A stretch of DNA of 32,000 bases from the NCBI RefSeq assembly GCF_022701215.1, contig NZ_CP089976.1, forward strand, positions 450,001 to 482,000, read 5' to 3'. Origin of the DNA: Moraxella nasovis (GTDB lineage: Bacteria; Pseudomonadota; Gammaproteobacteria; Pseudomonadales; Moraxellaceae). A model generated the notes under the pieces. The model worked only from the letters and a program-made list of their open reading frames with translations, searched no databases and was not told the origin of the DNA. Of this stretch, positions 21,095 to 29,234 are shown piece after piece; position 1 is the first letter of the stretch, and every line of letters starts with the position of its first letter. The translations under genes were made by a program, and so were the position numbers.

Positions 21095-22411
21095 CTAAAC
21101 CCAGTTTTTGATATTCTGCGTAAAGGACTTCCAGCCTTGTACAACCTTATCAAAAACACCATTTTTTTCTTCAAAATAATACAAAGAAGCAGAATCATCA
21201 CGCATAAACTGCTCACTTTGTTGATACATCAATGAGCCGATAACGCTATGTAATTTCGTACTCTTAAGATGCTCTTGCAACGAGAGAATCTGCTCATCGC
21301 TTAGCCCTTTAGCGCCGACACTTACGCTTACTTGTTTGTTTGGCTCAATTCTACGAGCAGCAACGCTCCATTTCTTCGCTAAAAAGCCAGACAACCCTTT
21401 TGCTTTTGTTGCTTCACCTGCCAAGACAATATTTGACCCAAAAATTGCAAATAAGCCTTGTTCGTCAAAGACCTTAGCCAGCTCATCAAAGATTAGATGA
21501 TATCTAGCTTCAATAATACTCATTAAGCGGTGTAAGCTGATTGTCACTTCATCACCTGTACTTTTTTTATAGGTGATGAATGTTGCACGGTCTGCTGGCT
21601 CAATAACAACGCCACCGTGCTGTATTTTTAATCTTTCTGCATCTTGGGGGCTTAAGCCAAGTTCAGACGCAATATCTAGCGTAACGGCGTGACCGCCCAT
21701 ATCCAAACAATGCGTAAATAACAAAACGCCTTGGTAATACACACATACTTTGGTTGTACCAGCACCAATATCAATAAAACAAACGCCCTGCTCTCGCTCT
21801 TCTTTGGTCAAGGCATACTCAGCACTCACTACGCCATCAAACAACATTGCCTCAACTTCAAACCCAGAAGGCTCAATGACATGCTGAATTTGTCCATGAT
21901 AGTTTTTTGGCAGACTAATAACATGGCTTGCGACTTTGATTTTATTGGCAAGCATACCGACTGCATCTTTTGTCACCTGTCCATCAACATAAACGCATTG
22001 ACGAATCATTTGAAATAAGCTGCGATCTTGATTATAAAGCTTCTGACTTGCTCGGTCATAGGCTGCTAAAATATGTTCTTTTTCTACCTTGCCCAGCTCA
22101 TCTGTAATGTCAGACTCAATAACAATACTGCATGATGAGTTGCTCGATTTCATTCCTGATGATGCAAATGATAAGCAAGCTGAATACACCTGCACGCCTG
22201 CCATATCGCAAGCTTCTTGTACAGATTTACTAATCGCTCCCAATAGATGATCACGGTGCTCTACTCTACCTTGAAAAAAGCCATCCGTGTGAGCAAGCCC
22301 AACGCCCGCTACTTTCACTCGGCGATTCTCTGGCGATCCATCAAAACAGCCGACCGCTGTATAAACTGCAGTCGAGCTTAAATGTATCGCAACCTTCAGG
22401 TTCTGCATCAT
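21095..22411 (-). CDS. ftsA: Cell division protein FtsA (actin-like ATPase)
   Basis: 438 aa. Actin-fold phosphate motifs (FIDIGAGTTKV), located immediately upstream of ftsZ with a 22-nt gap. Confidence 0.92.
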   Translation of the reverse strand: MMQNLKVAIHLSSTAVYTAVGCFDGSPENRRVKVAGVGLAHTDGFFQGRVEHRDHLLGAISKSVQEACDMAGVQVYSACLSFASSGMKSSNSSCSIVIESDITDELGKVEKEHILAAYDRASQKLYNQDRSLFQMIRQCVYVDGQVTKDAVGMLANKIKVASHVISLPKNYHGQIQHVIEPSGFEVEAMLFDGVVSAEYALTKEEREQGVCFIDIGAGTTKVCVYYQGVLLFTHCLDMGGHAVTLDIASELGLSPQDAERLKIQHGGVVIEPADRATFITYKKSTGDEVTISLHRLMSIIEARYHLIFDELAKVFDEQGLFAIFGSNIVLAGEATKAKGLSGFLAKKWSVAARRIEPNKQVSVSVGAKGLSDEQILSLQEHLKSTKLHSVIGSLMYQQSEQFMRDDSASLYYFEEKNGVFDKVVQGWKSFTQNIKNWV

Positions 22412-22587
22412 TTATCAACCATCAAAAATATTAAATAATCAAAAAAAAATACAACAATTAACCAACTTGTCTTTAAAATAAACAAATCTAGGGATAAATC
22501 CTTGACATTGTAGCACTTTTATTACAAATCTAAAAGGGTGAGAACTAAAAAAGTACTCACAAAATACTTAAATAAAGCTTAAAACGA

Positions 22588-23322
22588 CTAAGTTTTATCA
22601 GCAGATTGACTCTTCCATGCTATCGCAAAACCATTTTTATAACGCAAATCTACCGACTGAATTTTTGAGATATCAGACTTAAAGTTTGAGCCCAGTAAAG
22701 TTGCCAGCATGTAAAGCTTTTGATCGGTATTCTCATAATCAACAATGACTCGCAAGCCATTCTCAAATCGAACTACCCAAGTCTGTCTAGGTGTTAAAAT
22801 CAGATCTCTTGCAGTTAATCCAAGCGGTGCATACCATTCATTGATTCGTTGCATTTTTTGCATAATCTGATGAGACTGCACATCTTCCCCATAAAGATTG
22901 ACGAGCTTTTTATTCATAAGCTCTTGGCTATCAGCGGGGACATATACCACAGCATTGGTATCAATCAAGCGATCACTGCCAAAATTTGCGACAGCCTGTC
23001 TTGGGGTAACAGAAATTAGTACGCCTTGATACCAGTCTCTTACTACGCTTACTCGCTCAACCCAAGCCAACTGACTTACCGCCTGATGAATGGCAGTAAG
23101 GTCTGCATTAAAAAACTGAACATCGCCAAATGACTGAGCAATCTCTTCAATATTTTTAGCTTGTACTGTACTTAGATTGTGACTATCCACCGCAATTGGT
23201 CTTGCAGGAGCATTATTAATTAACCGAGCTACTGTAAAACCAAAAACAACAAGCAACACCACCAAGATAAGAGCGGCATGCCAGAATTTAAGGTTCAAAC
23301 TTTTGGAAGATGTGTCGCTCAT
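22588..23322 (-). CDS. ftsQ: Cell division protein FtsQ
   Basis: 244 aa. Single N-terminal TM helix (AALILVVLLVVFGF) followed by a POTRA/FtsQ-type periplasmic domain. Sits in the conserved position between ddl and ftsA. Confidence 0.85.
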   Translation of the reverse strand: MSDTSSKSLNLKFWHAALILVVLLVVFGFTVARLINNAPARPIAVDSHNLSTVQAKNIEEIAQSFGDVQFFNADLTAIHQAVSQLAWVERVSVVRDWYQGVLISVTPRQAVANFGSDRLIDTNAVVYVPADSQELMNKKLVNLYGEDVQSHQIMQKMQRINEWYAPLGLTARDLILTPRQTWVVRFENGLRVIVDYENTDQKLYMLATLLGSNFKSDISKIQSVDLRYKNGFAIAWKSQSADKT

Positions 23323-23517
23323 TGATTGCCCATCATAGGTTTGGCATAAGATTAGTAAAAACGCGTATGATAACGCATTTTAAATATAAGTAAAAGCCAA
23401 ATGATAATTAAAAGTTAAGTTTTTACAAGCATTTACAATTTTTGTATAAAAAATGACTTATAAGAAACATCAACCAACATAAAATATAAATCAACTACTT
23501 AATTTTTACCAAAATCT

Positions 23518-24432
23518 CTATAAAGTCTGCTCAAGAATATTGATGCACAAATCAGCAAAATCAATACCAACTTGCTTTGCCGCCATTGGCACAAGCGAAT
23601 GGTCTGTCATGCCGGGGACGGTATTTAGTTCTAATAGGTACAGCTTACCATCTGTATCTTTCAAAAAATCCACTCGCCCCCAACCTACGCCACCTACCGC
23701 AGTAAAGGCACGCTTGGCAAGCACACTCATCTGCTGTTCTTGCTCGGCGGTCAAATCAGATGGGCATTGATAGATGGTGTCATCACGCAAGTATTTGGCT
23801 TCATAATCATAAAATTTATTTTTTGGAATCATGCGAATGCTAGGCAAGGCTTTATCACCCAATAACGATAGTGTGTATTCACCGCCTGTGATGGCTTTTT
23901 CTGCCAAAATCTCGCCATGATATTGCTTTAAAGTAGGATAGATTTTGGCAAGCTCGCCTGCCTTTTCAATCATCACCACGCCCACCGATGAACCTTCGGC
24001 AGCTGGCTTGACAAATAACGGCAACCCAAAATCCATCTCCACCTGATCAAAATCACTGTCATCATGGAGCACCACATAAGGCACGTTCGGCAAATCCAAA
24101 GATTGCCACAGCAAGCGACAACGAAACTTATCCATGGCGATGGCAGAAGCTAACACGCCACAGCCTGTATAAGGCACACCAAAACCATCAAGCACGCCTT
24201 GTAAACTACCATCTTCGCCAAAAGTGCCATGCAGCACATTAAAGACTCTATCAAAGTGCTTTAGCTCGCTGATGTCAGCGTCTTTTGGATCAAAGTGGTG
24301 TGCATCTACACCTTTTGACAAAAGGGCGTTTAGCACCGCTTTTCCACTGTTTAGTGATACCTCACGCTCGGCACTAAAGCCACCACAAACCACAGCAACT
24401 TTGCCAAATTTTTTTACATCAATTTTATTCAT
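23518..24432 (-). CDS. ddl: D-alanine--D-alanine ligase
   Basis: 304 aa. VAVVCGGFSAEREVSLNSG start, HG.FGEDG.LQG, and an ATP-grasp C-terminus (LLELNTVPGMT). Confidence 0.95.
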   Translation of the reverse strand: MNKIDVKKFGKVAVVCGGFSAEREVSLNSGKAVLNALLSKGVDAHHFDPKDADISELKHFDRVFNVLHGTFGEDGSLQGVLDGFGVPYTGCGVLASAIAMDKFRCRLLWQSLDLPNVPYVVLHDDSDFDQVEMDFGLPLFVKPAAEGSSVGVVMIEKAGELAKIYPTLKQYHGEILAEKAITGGEYTLSLLGDKALPSIRMIPKNKFYDYEAKYLRDDTIYQCPSDLTAEQEQQMSVLAKRAFTAVGGVGWGRVDFLKDTDGKLYLLELNTVPGMTDHSLVPMAAKQVGIDFADLCINILEQTL

Positions 24433-24599
24433 GTTTTAGCCTTATTAGCTTATTAGTATGTTAAAATTTTTACGCACAAGCGATGTTTAAAAGGTGCAAA
24501 AAGCATTTATCTATAAAAAGCACAAACATACACTTTTAGCCCTTTGCTTAACACTTTTAATTTATCAAACAAAGACAAAAGCATATGCTTTATCGGCAT

Positions 24600-26048
24600 T
24601 TATTTTTCTAAAAACAACTCATTTTTTGCTAAATCTTGACAAATCTGCCCCACATTGCCTGCTCCTTGCGTGATAAGCAGATCGCCACCCTTTAATATAC
24701 GCTTCATAGTCTCAGGCAAATTATCGTTATCCACAAGTGTCGGCTCAACTTGCCCTCTTAGGCGGATACTACGAGCCAGTGCTTTTGTATCTGCCCCCAC
24801 AATCGGTGATTCTCCCGCTGAATACACCTCTAATAACAACAACTCATCTACCTGCGATAATGCATCGACAAAATCATCAAAGCAATCTCGGGTGCGGCTA
24901 TAACGGTGCGGCTGGAACATCATCACCAAGCGGCGATCAGGATAGCTTTGGCGAGCCGCCTTGATGGTGGCTTGAACTTCGGCAGGGTGATGACCGTAGT
25001 CGTCAATAAGTAGCACGTTGCCACCGTCCACCGACACGTCCGCCTGCTGTTCAAACCGCCGTCCCACGCCTGCAAATTTACCCACCGCACGGATAATTGC
25101 CCCATCGTCCACACCTTCATCGGTGGCAAGGGTAATGGCAGCAAGGGCGTTATAAACGTTATGCTCGCCTGGGATATTTAACGTTAAGCGAAGTGGCTCA
25201 CGGTCTTTTCTTAGCACGGTAAAATGCGTGCGAGTACCGTCCACCACCAAATCCACCGCTTGCACGTCATTATGCTCTTTTAGCCCAAAAGTCAAGACAG
25301 GGCGTGCGATGTCGTCAATCATGCCGTACAAGTCTTCATCATCGCCACACACCACCGCCAAGCCATAAAAGGGCATATTGTGCAAAAACTGAATATAAGC
25401 TTGTTTTAATTTTTCAAAACTGCCCCCATAGGTATCCATGTGGTCTTCGTCAATGTTGGTAACGATACTTGCCATCGGACGTAGCGACAAAAACGATGCG
25501 TCCGACTCGTCCGCTTCTGCCACCAAATAGCGAGAGCTTCCCAAAGATGCATTTTTGCCAGATGCGTTTAATTTACCGCCAATCACATAAGTGGGGTCAA
25601 GCCCTGCTTCGGTCAAAATCATCGTCAAAAGGCTTGTAGTCGTGGTCTTACCGTGAGCCCCTGCCACCGCAATAGAATGGCGGTATCGCATAAGCTCGCC
25701 CAGCATATCGGCACGGCGAACCACAGGCAAGCGAGCTTGTAGGGCAGTCTGAATCTCAGGGTTGGTCTTGTCAATGGCAGATGAGACGACCAGCACGTCC
25801 GCATTTTGGATATTTTTACTGTCGTGTCCGATAAAGACGGTTACGCCAAGGCTTTCTAAACGTCTCGTTGCCGCACTTTCTTTGATGTCTGAGCCTGTAA
25901 CGGTGTAGCCTTGATTGGCAAGCACTTCGGCAATACCGCACATCCCTGCCCCACCGATACCGACAAAATGAATATTGCCGATACGTCGCATTTCGGGGAT
26001 TTCTATGAGTTGTTTGGGTAGGGTTTTGACGTTGGTTGAATTTGGCAT
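24600..26048 (-). CDS. murC: UDP-N-acetylmuramate--L-alanine ligase
   Basis: 482 aa. [17 protein letters not shown] and the P-loop [11 protein letters not shown], with Mur-ligase middle and C-terminal domains. Confidence 0.95.
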   Translation of the reverse strand: MPNSTNVKTLPKQLIEIPEMRRIGNIHFVGIGGAGMCGIAEVLANQGYTVTGSDIKESAATRRLESLGVTVFIGHDSKNIQNADVLVVSSAIDKTNPEIQTALQARLPVVRRADMLGELMRYRHSIAVAGAHGKTTTTSLLTMILTEAGLDPTYVIGGKLNASGKNASLGSSRYLVAEADESDASFLSLRPMASIVTNIDEDHMDTYGGSFEKLKQAYIQFLHNMPFYGLAVVCGDDEDLYGMIDDIARPVLTFGLKEHNDVQAVDLVVDGTRTHFTVLRKDREPLRLTLNIPGEHNVYNALAAITLATDEGVDDGAIIRAVGKFAGVGRRFEQQADVSVDGGNVLLIDDYGHHPAEVQATIKAARQSYPDRRLVMMFQPHRYSRTRDCFDDFVDALSQVDELLLLEVYSAGESPIVGADTKALARSIRLRGQVEPTLVDNDNLPETMKRILKGGDLLITQGAGNVGQICQDLAKNELFLEK

Positions 26049-26064
26049 AACTTTTTCTCTTTTT

Positions 26065-26082
26065 AGGTGTTAAATGGGTTTA
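26065..26082. repeat. Left copy of an imperfect direct repeat bracketing the murG-murC insertion
   Basis: AGGTGTTAAATGGGTTTA here against AGGGGTTAATGGGTATCA at 27622-27639. 14 identical positions over 17 aligned columns, with one 1-nt gap. Confidence 0.5.
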
Positions 26083-26096
26083 AATAAGTGAATTTT

Positions 26097-26504
26097 TTAA
26101 TTGTCGCCGACAATACGCCAAGTAATTTGAACTGGTTTCATATCCTGATAAGATATTGCTTTAACTTTACCAAAATAAGTAAAATCATCTCTGTTGGCTT
26201 CACGATAAAATAGATTGATTGATGTTTTTGGGTTTAACAATTCTTGTATTTGAGATTGTCCCATTTTGGCATTGCTTTTTGCAAACCAGTATATTTCATC
26301 ATCAGACAAAAACTTATTGTCATAATCATGACCCGTTCTGCCTTCTATGCCAATATTTACAAATAAATAATAGGCATTTTCAAACTTAAAATATCCAGTT
26401 GCATAAACCCCGCCCCGATAACCATTTTCATCTTTTGGCACGCCAATCAAATCCAAAACATCACTTCTTTTGTATTTTTTATTTAATTGAAAATTAGCAG
26501 TCAT
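26097..26504 (-). CDS. Hypothetical 135-aa protein resembling the C-terminal part of DUF3427-type domains
   Basis: The pattern Y.R.DV...G....GY....Y.LFV......H.Y.N.F....W....., then I.LFYR......FTYFG......P....W, matches my recollection of DUF3427 modules found on PLD-nuclease/SF2-helicase restriction-like proteins. Visibly AT-rich. This assignment is from memory and needs an HMM search. Confidence 0.5.
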   Translation of the reverse strand: MTANFQLNKKYKRSDVLDLIGVPKDENGYRGGVYATGYFKFENAYYLFVNIGIEGRTGHDYDNKFLSDDEIYWFAKSNAKMGQSQIQELLNPKTSINLFYREANRDDFTYFGKVKAISYQDMKPVQITWRIVGDN

Positions 26505-26509
26505 TTTTC

Positions 26510-26519
26510 AACCCATTTA
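26510..26519. repeat. Inverted copy (AACCCATTTA) of the junction motif TAAATGGGTT
   Basis: Exact reverse complement of 26071-26080. Lies in the 36-nt spacer between the GNAT gene and the DUF3427-like gene. Confidence 0.5.
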
Positions 26520-26540
26520 TACAAATAACGTAGATACCAA

Positions 26541-27077
26541 TCAAAACCGATACATATAAACCGCATGGTTAATAATCTCACCATTGACGTTTTCATTATT
26601 GGCAATGATACCACAAAACTCAAATCCCAATCGCTCGGCGACTTGTCGGCTTGGGGTATTATGCTCACCTGCCTTAATGTCCACCACGTCCATGCCATAA
26701 GTATCTTTGGCAATATCCATAATCGCACGCACAGCAAGGGTCATGATACCACGCCCTTGATACTCTTGGTGTAGCCAATAGCCAATCTCCGCCTTTTTTA
26801 GATGATGATAAATGTTATTTAAACTCACCGCCCCGATGATTTTATCATCATAAATAATATGAGTATGAATGGCTTTATCATCAGCATATTGGTGTAAGGC
26901 AAATTTGACAAATTCACGATAGCTATTTTCGCTAAAATTATTCGCCCACGGTAGCCATTTGCCCAAATAATCTTTTTGGACATTAACAATATCATTCATT
27001 TGACTGGCAAATGATGAATGTACTAAGGTTAGGCTTAATGCGTCGTTGATTTTATAATGAAACATTTTAATATCCAA
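26541..27077 (-). CDS. GNAT-family N-acetyltransferase, RimL/RimJ-like
   Basis: 178 aa. WLPW near the N-terminus, AEIGYWLHQEYQGRGIMTLAV (Q/RxxGxG acetyl-CoA site) and N.PSRQVAERLGFEF. The start is either the TTG at 27077, abutting the upstream stop, or the ATG at 27065. Confidence 0.85.
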   Translation of the reverse strand: MDIKMFHYKINDALSLTLVHSSFASQMNDIVNVQKDYLGKWLPWANNFSENSYREFVKFALHQYADDKAIHTHIIYDDKIIGAVSLNNIYHHLKKAEIGYWLHQEYQGRGIMTLAVRAIMDIAKDTYGMDVVDIKAGEHNTPSRQVAERLGFEFCGIIANNENVNGEIINHAVYMYRF

Positions 27078-27322
27078 TTAGCCAAACTGAACACTTTTTT
27101 GATTGGTCATTACTTTGGCAATGGCACTGGCGATTAAATCGTTCAAACTTATCTCATTATTTTCTTTATCCAATTTGGCACGGGCTTTTTCAGCCACCAA
27201 AAAGGCTTGTTTGATATGCTCTACGCCACCGCCATTTGTCATTGCCATTTCAAGAAATAATTCAATATCTTCATGGCTTTGCATATAATCAACTGGGTCA
27301 AATTTTTTTTTAATTCACTCAT
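27078..27322 (-). pseudogene. HI1420-type (addiction-module antidote-like) antitoxin gene, frameshifted and/or N-terminally shortened, lacking a recognisable HTH
   Basis: The intact ORF 27078-27284 encodes MQSHEDIELFLEMAMTNGGGVEHIKQAFLVAEKAR... The preceding codons read IKKKFDPVDY. An ATG at 27322-27320 overlaps the toxin stop (ATGAGTGA). It would join this frame and give MSELKKKFDPVDYMQSHEDI only if the A9 run (27302-27310) were A10. Confidence 0.55.
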
Positions 27323-27636
27323 TTTCATTGTCAATCTCCGATGATAACAATTTGGCTTTTTTAATATCATCTTGCTGGCTATCTTTATCGCCACCACACA
27401 GCAAAACAACTACCACGTTGCCACGAATAACATAATACACAAGATAACCCGCCCCGTCATGAAATCTTAATTCATGAACACCACCACCGACTGAATTAAT
27501 GTCGCCAAAAAAATCCTTCATTTTCAATACGAAAAAGACGTTCAGCAATTTGCATTTTTACACGTCTGTTGCGTAATTTGCTTAACCAACGGTCAAATAC
27601 AGGCGTACCAACAACCTGATAAGGGGTTAATGGGTA
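27315..27636 (-). pseudogene. HI1419-type RelE/ParE-superfamily toxin (addiction-module killer), inactivated
   Basis: The C-terminal frame, GDINSVGGGVHELRFHDGAGYLVYYVIRGNVVVVLLCGGDKDSQQDDIKKAK, is the family signature. The N-terminal part, YQVVGTPVFDRWLSKLRNRRVKMQIAERLFRIENEGFF, is in another frame. The two would join if the T7 run (plus-strand A7 at 27507-27513) were T6. There is no start codon between the upstream in-frame TGA (27637-27639) and the family N-terminus. Confidence 0.7.
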
Positions 27637-27639
27637 TCA
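27622..27639. repeat. Right copy of the imperfect direct repeat bracketing the murG-murC insertion
   Basis: AGGGGTTAATGGGTATCA lies immediately after the murG stop codon (27641-27643) and matches 26065-26082. Confidence 0.5.
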
Positions 27640-27640
27640 C

Positions 27641-28738
27641 TCATGCCTTAACCACACGCTCCACAATATCCGCCACTTGCGTAGTCGTGTCTGTTTTGGC
27701 AAAGGCTCGGGCGTTAGTTGCCATGTCTAGGCATTTTTGGCGGTCAAGATTGCCTAGAATCTGTGCAAGTTTTTCGCCCGACAGTTCATTTTGGGGCAAC
27801 AAAATCCCTGCCCCATGCTCGGTTAGACTCTTGGCATTGGCGGTTTGGTGGTCGTCCACAGCGTGCGGTAATGGGATAAAAATCGGAGCAACGCCCACGC
27901 TGGCAATCTCCGTTACCGTCAAAGCCCCTGCTCTACACACCACCACGTCCGCCCAAGCGTAGGCGGCTGCCATATCATCAATAAAGGGGGTAAGCTCAAG
28001 CGTATGGAAGTTTAAATCAACCCCTGCTTGAGAATAAGCAACCAGCATATCTTGATGGTTGGCTTTACCGCACTGATGGCGTACAGATAAAGGACGTTTG
28101 CTGATTTTTAGCAGCTCGACAATAGCGTTATTTATTGCCATCGCACCAAGACTACCGCCAATAACCAATAACTTTAGGGGTGACTTATCATTAGGATAAT
28201 AACGCTCGCTTGGCTTAGGTAGCTTGGCAATCGATTCACGCACAGGATTGCCAACCGTATGTAAACGCTGACCCAATGAATCTGCCATAAAATCAAACGC
28301 CCCATCAAATGCCTGCAACACTTGATCAGCATGGCGTGCCAAATGACGATTACTCATACCCACAATGGCGTTTTGCTCGTGAATGATGAGTTTCTTTTTG
28401 GCAAGCTTAGTAGCAAGCCCGCCAGGTGCAGTCACATAGCCACCAAAACCCACAGATGCTTGGACATTATTATCTTTGATAATCTTTAGCACTTGGACGA
28501 CCGCCTTTGTCAGCATGATGGGCAGTTTTACAAATTTTGCCACGCCTTTGCCACGCACGCCTTGCATGTCAATGGCATGAAATACATACCCATGCTTAGC
28601 AACCAGCTCATTTTCCATGCCGTTTGGTGTGCCAAGCCAGTGAATGGTCACCCCCTGCTTGGCAAGCTCGTCTGCCACCGCTAACGCAGGAAAAACGTGT
28701 CCGCCTGTGCCTGCTGCCATGATTAATACATTCATCAT
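27641..28738 (-). CDS. murG: UDP-N-acetylglucosamine--N-acetylmuramyl-(pentapeptide) pyrophosphoryl-undecaprenol GlcNAc transferase
   Basis: 365 aa. AAGTGGHVFPALAVA N-terminal G-loop and a GT28 C-terminal domain (CRAGALTVTEIA). Confidence 0.95.
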   Translation of the reverse strand: MMNVLIMAAGTGGHVFPALAVADELAKQGVTIHWLGTPNGMENELVAKHGYVFHAIDMQGVRGKGVAKFVKLPIMLTKAVVQVLKIIKDNNVQASVGFGGYVTAPGGLATKLAKKKLIIHEQNAIVGMSNRHLARHADQVLQAFDGAFDFMADSLGQRLHTVGNPVRESIAKLPKPSERYYPNDKSPLKLLVIGGSLGAMAINNAIVELLKISKRPLSVRHQCGKANHQDMLVAYSQAGVDLNFHTLELTPFIDDMAAAYAWADVVVCRAGALTVTEIASVGVAPIFIPLPHAVDDHQTANAKSLTEHGAGILLPQNELSGEKLAQILGNLDRQKCLDMATNARAFAKTDTTTQVADIVERVVKA

Positions 28739-28946
28739 TTACCCCATTTTAGATACAATCCCCCTATTTTGTAACAAAACAAGGTAAATTACAAGGCAAA
28801 TGAATGATTTTGTTAAAAAATATTTATCCACCCAACTCTTATCTATCAGCACGCCTGCCAACACCATCACGACAGCTTAATTGGCATTTTACCTGTGGCT
28901 GTTAACACTTTTTAGTGGGGTTTTCTTGTTGCAGACTTGTGATGAC

Positions 28947-29104
28947 TTACCTTGTGTCATCGGTAGAGCCATCGTCAATGAGATAAATTTTACCCAAATG
29001 ACTTTGGGTCAGCACGCTGCCCGTCGCACAGCACAAGGTGGTGATGGCATTATAGGAATAACCACGTCTATATGAATGGCAACGTAGGTATGTTGGCTTG
29101 ACAT
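28947..29104 (-). pseudogene. N-terminal remnant of a family-2 glycosyltransferase
   Basis: On the minus strand, the ATG at 29104 gives MSSQHTYVAIHIDVVIPI. After a frameshift the reading continues YNAITTLCCATGSVLTQSHLGKIYLIDDGSTDDTR and then stops. VVIP.YN....DDGSTD is the GT2 N-terminal signature. The rest of the gene is absent. Confidence 0.5.
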
Positions 29105-29162
29105 AAATAGTGATGAATGAAACTTTGTGCTATTTTAGCAGATTTGATGTGTACTTGAATAA

Positions 29163-29192
29163 TAAAAACGAACGATTGTCTCGTTCGTTTTG
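29163..29192 (-). terminator. Strong, potentially bidirectional, rho-independent terminator after gshB
   Basis: AAAACGAACGA (29165-29175) pairs with TCGTTCGTTTT (29181-29191) with a 5-nt loop. A/T runs lie on both sides. Confidence 0.8.
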
Positions 29193-29234
29193 TAAAACAC
29201 CATAAAATTAAAAAACACTGTTTCACTTGTTTAA

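Noticed and set aside
26501-26737. 78-aa minus-strand ORF overlapping the GNAT gene
   Set aside because: It is an alternative frame of the 3' part of the well-supported GNAT CDS. The sequence is W/L/R-rich and looks like out-of-frame noise.
28881-29075. 64-aa plus-strand ORF between murG and gshB
   Set aside because: It lies antisense to a clear GT2 glycosyltransferase N-terminal remnant (VVIP.YN...DDGSTDD) read on the minus strand. It has no RBS and no recognisable motif.
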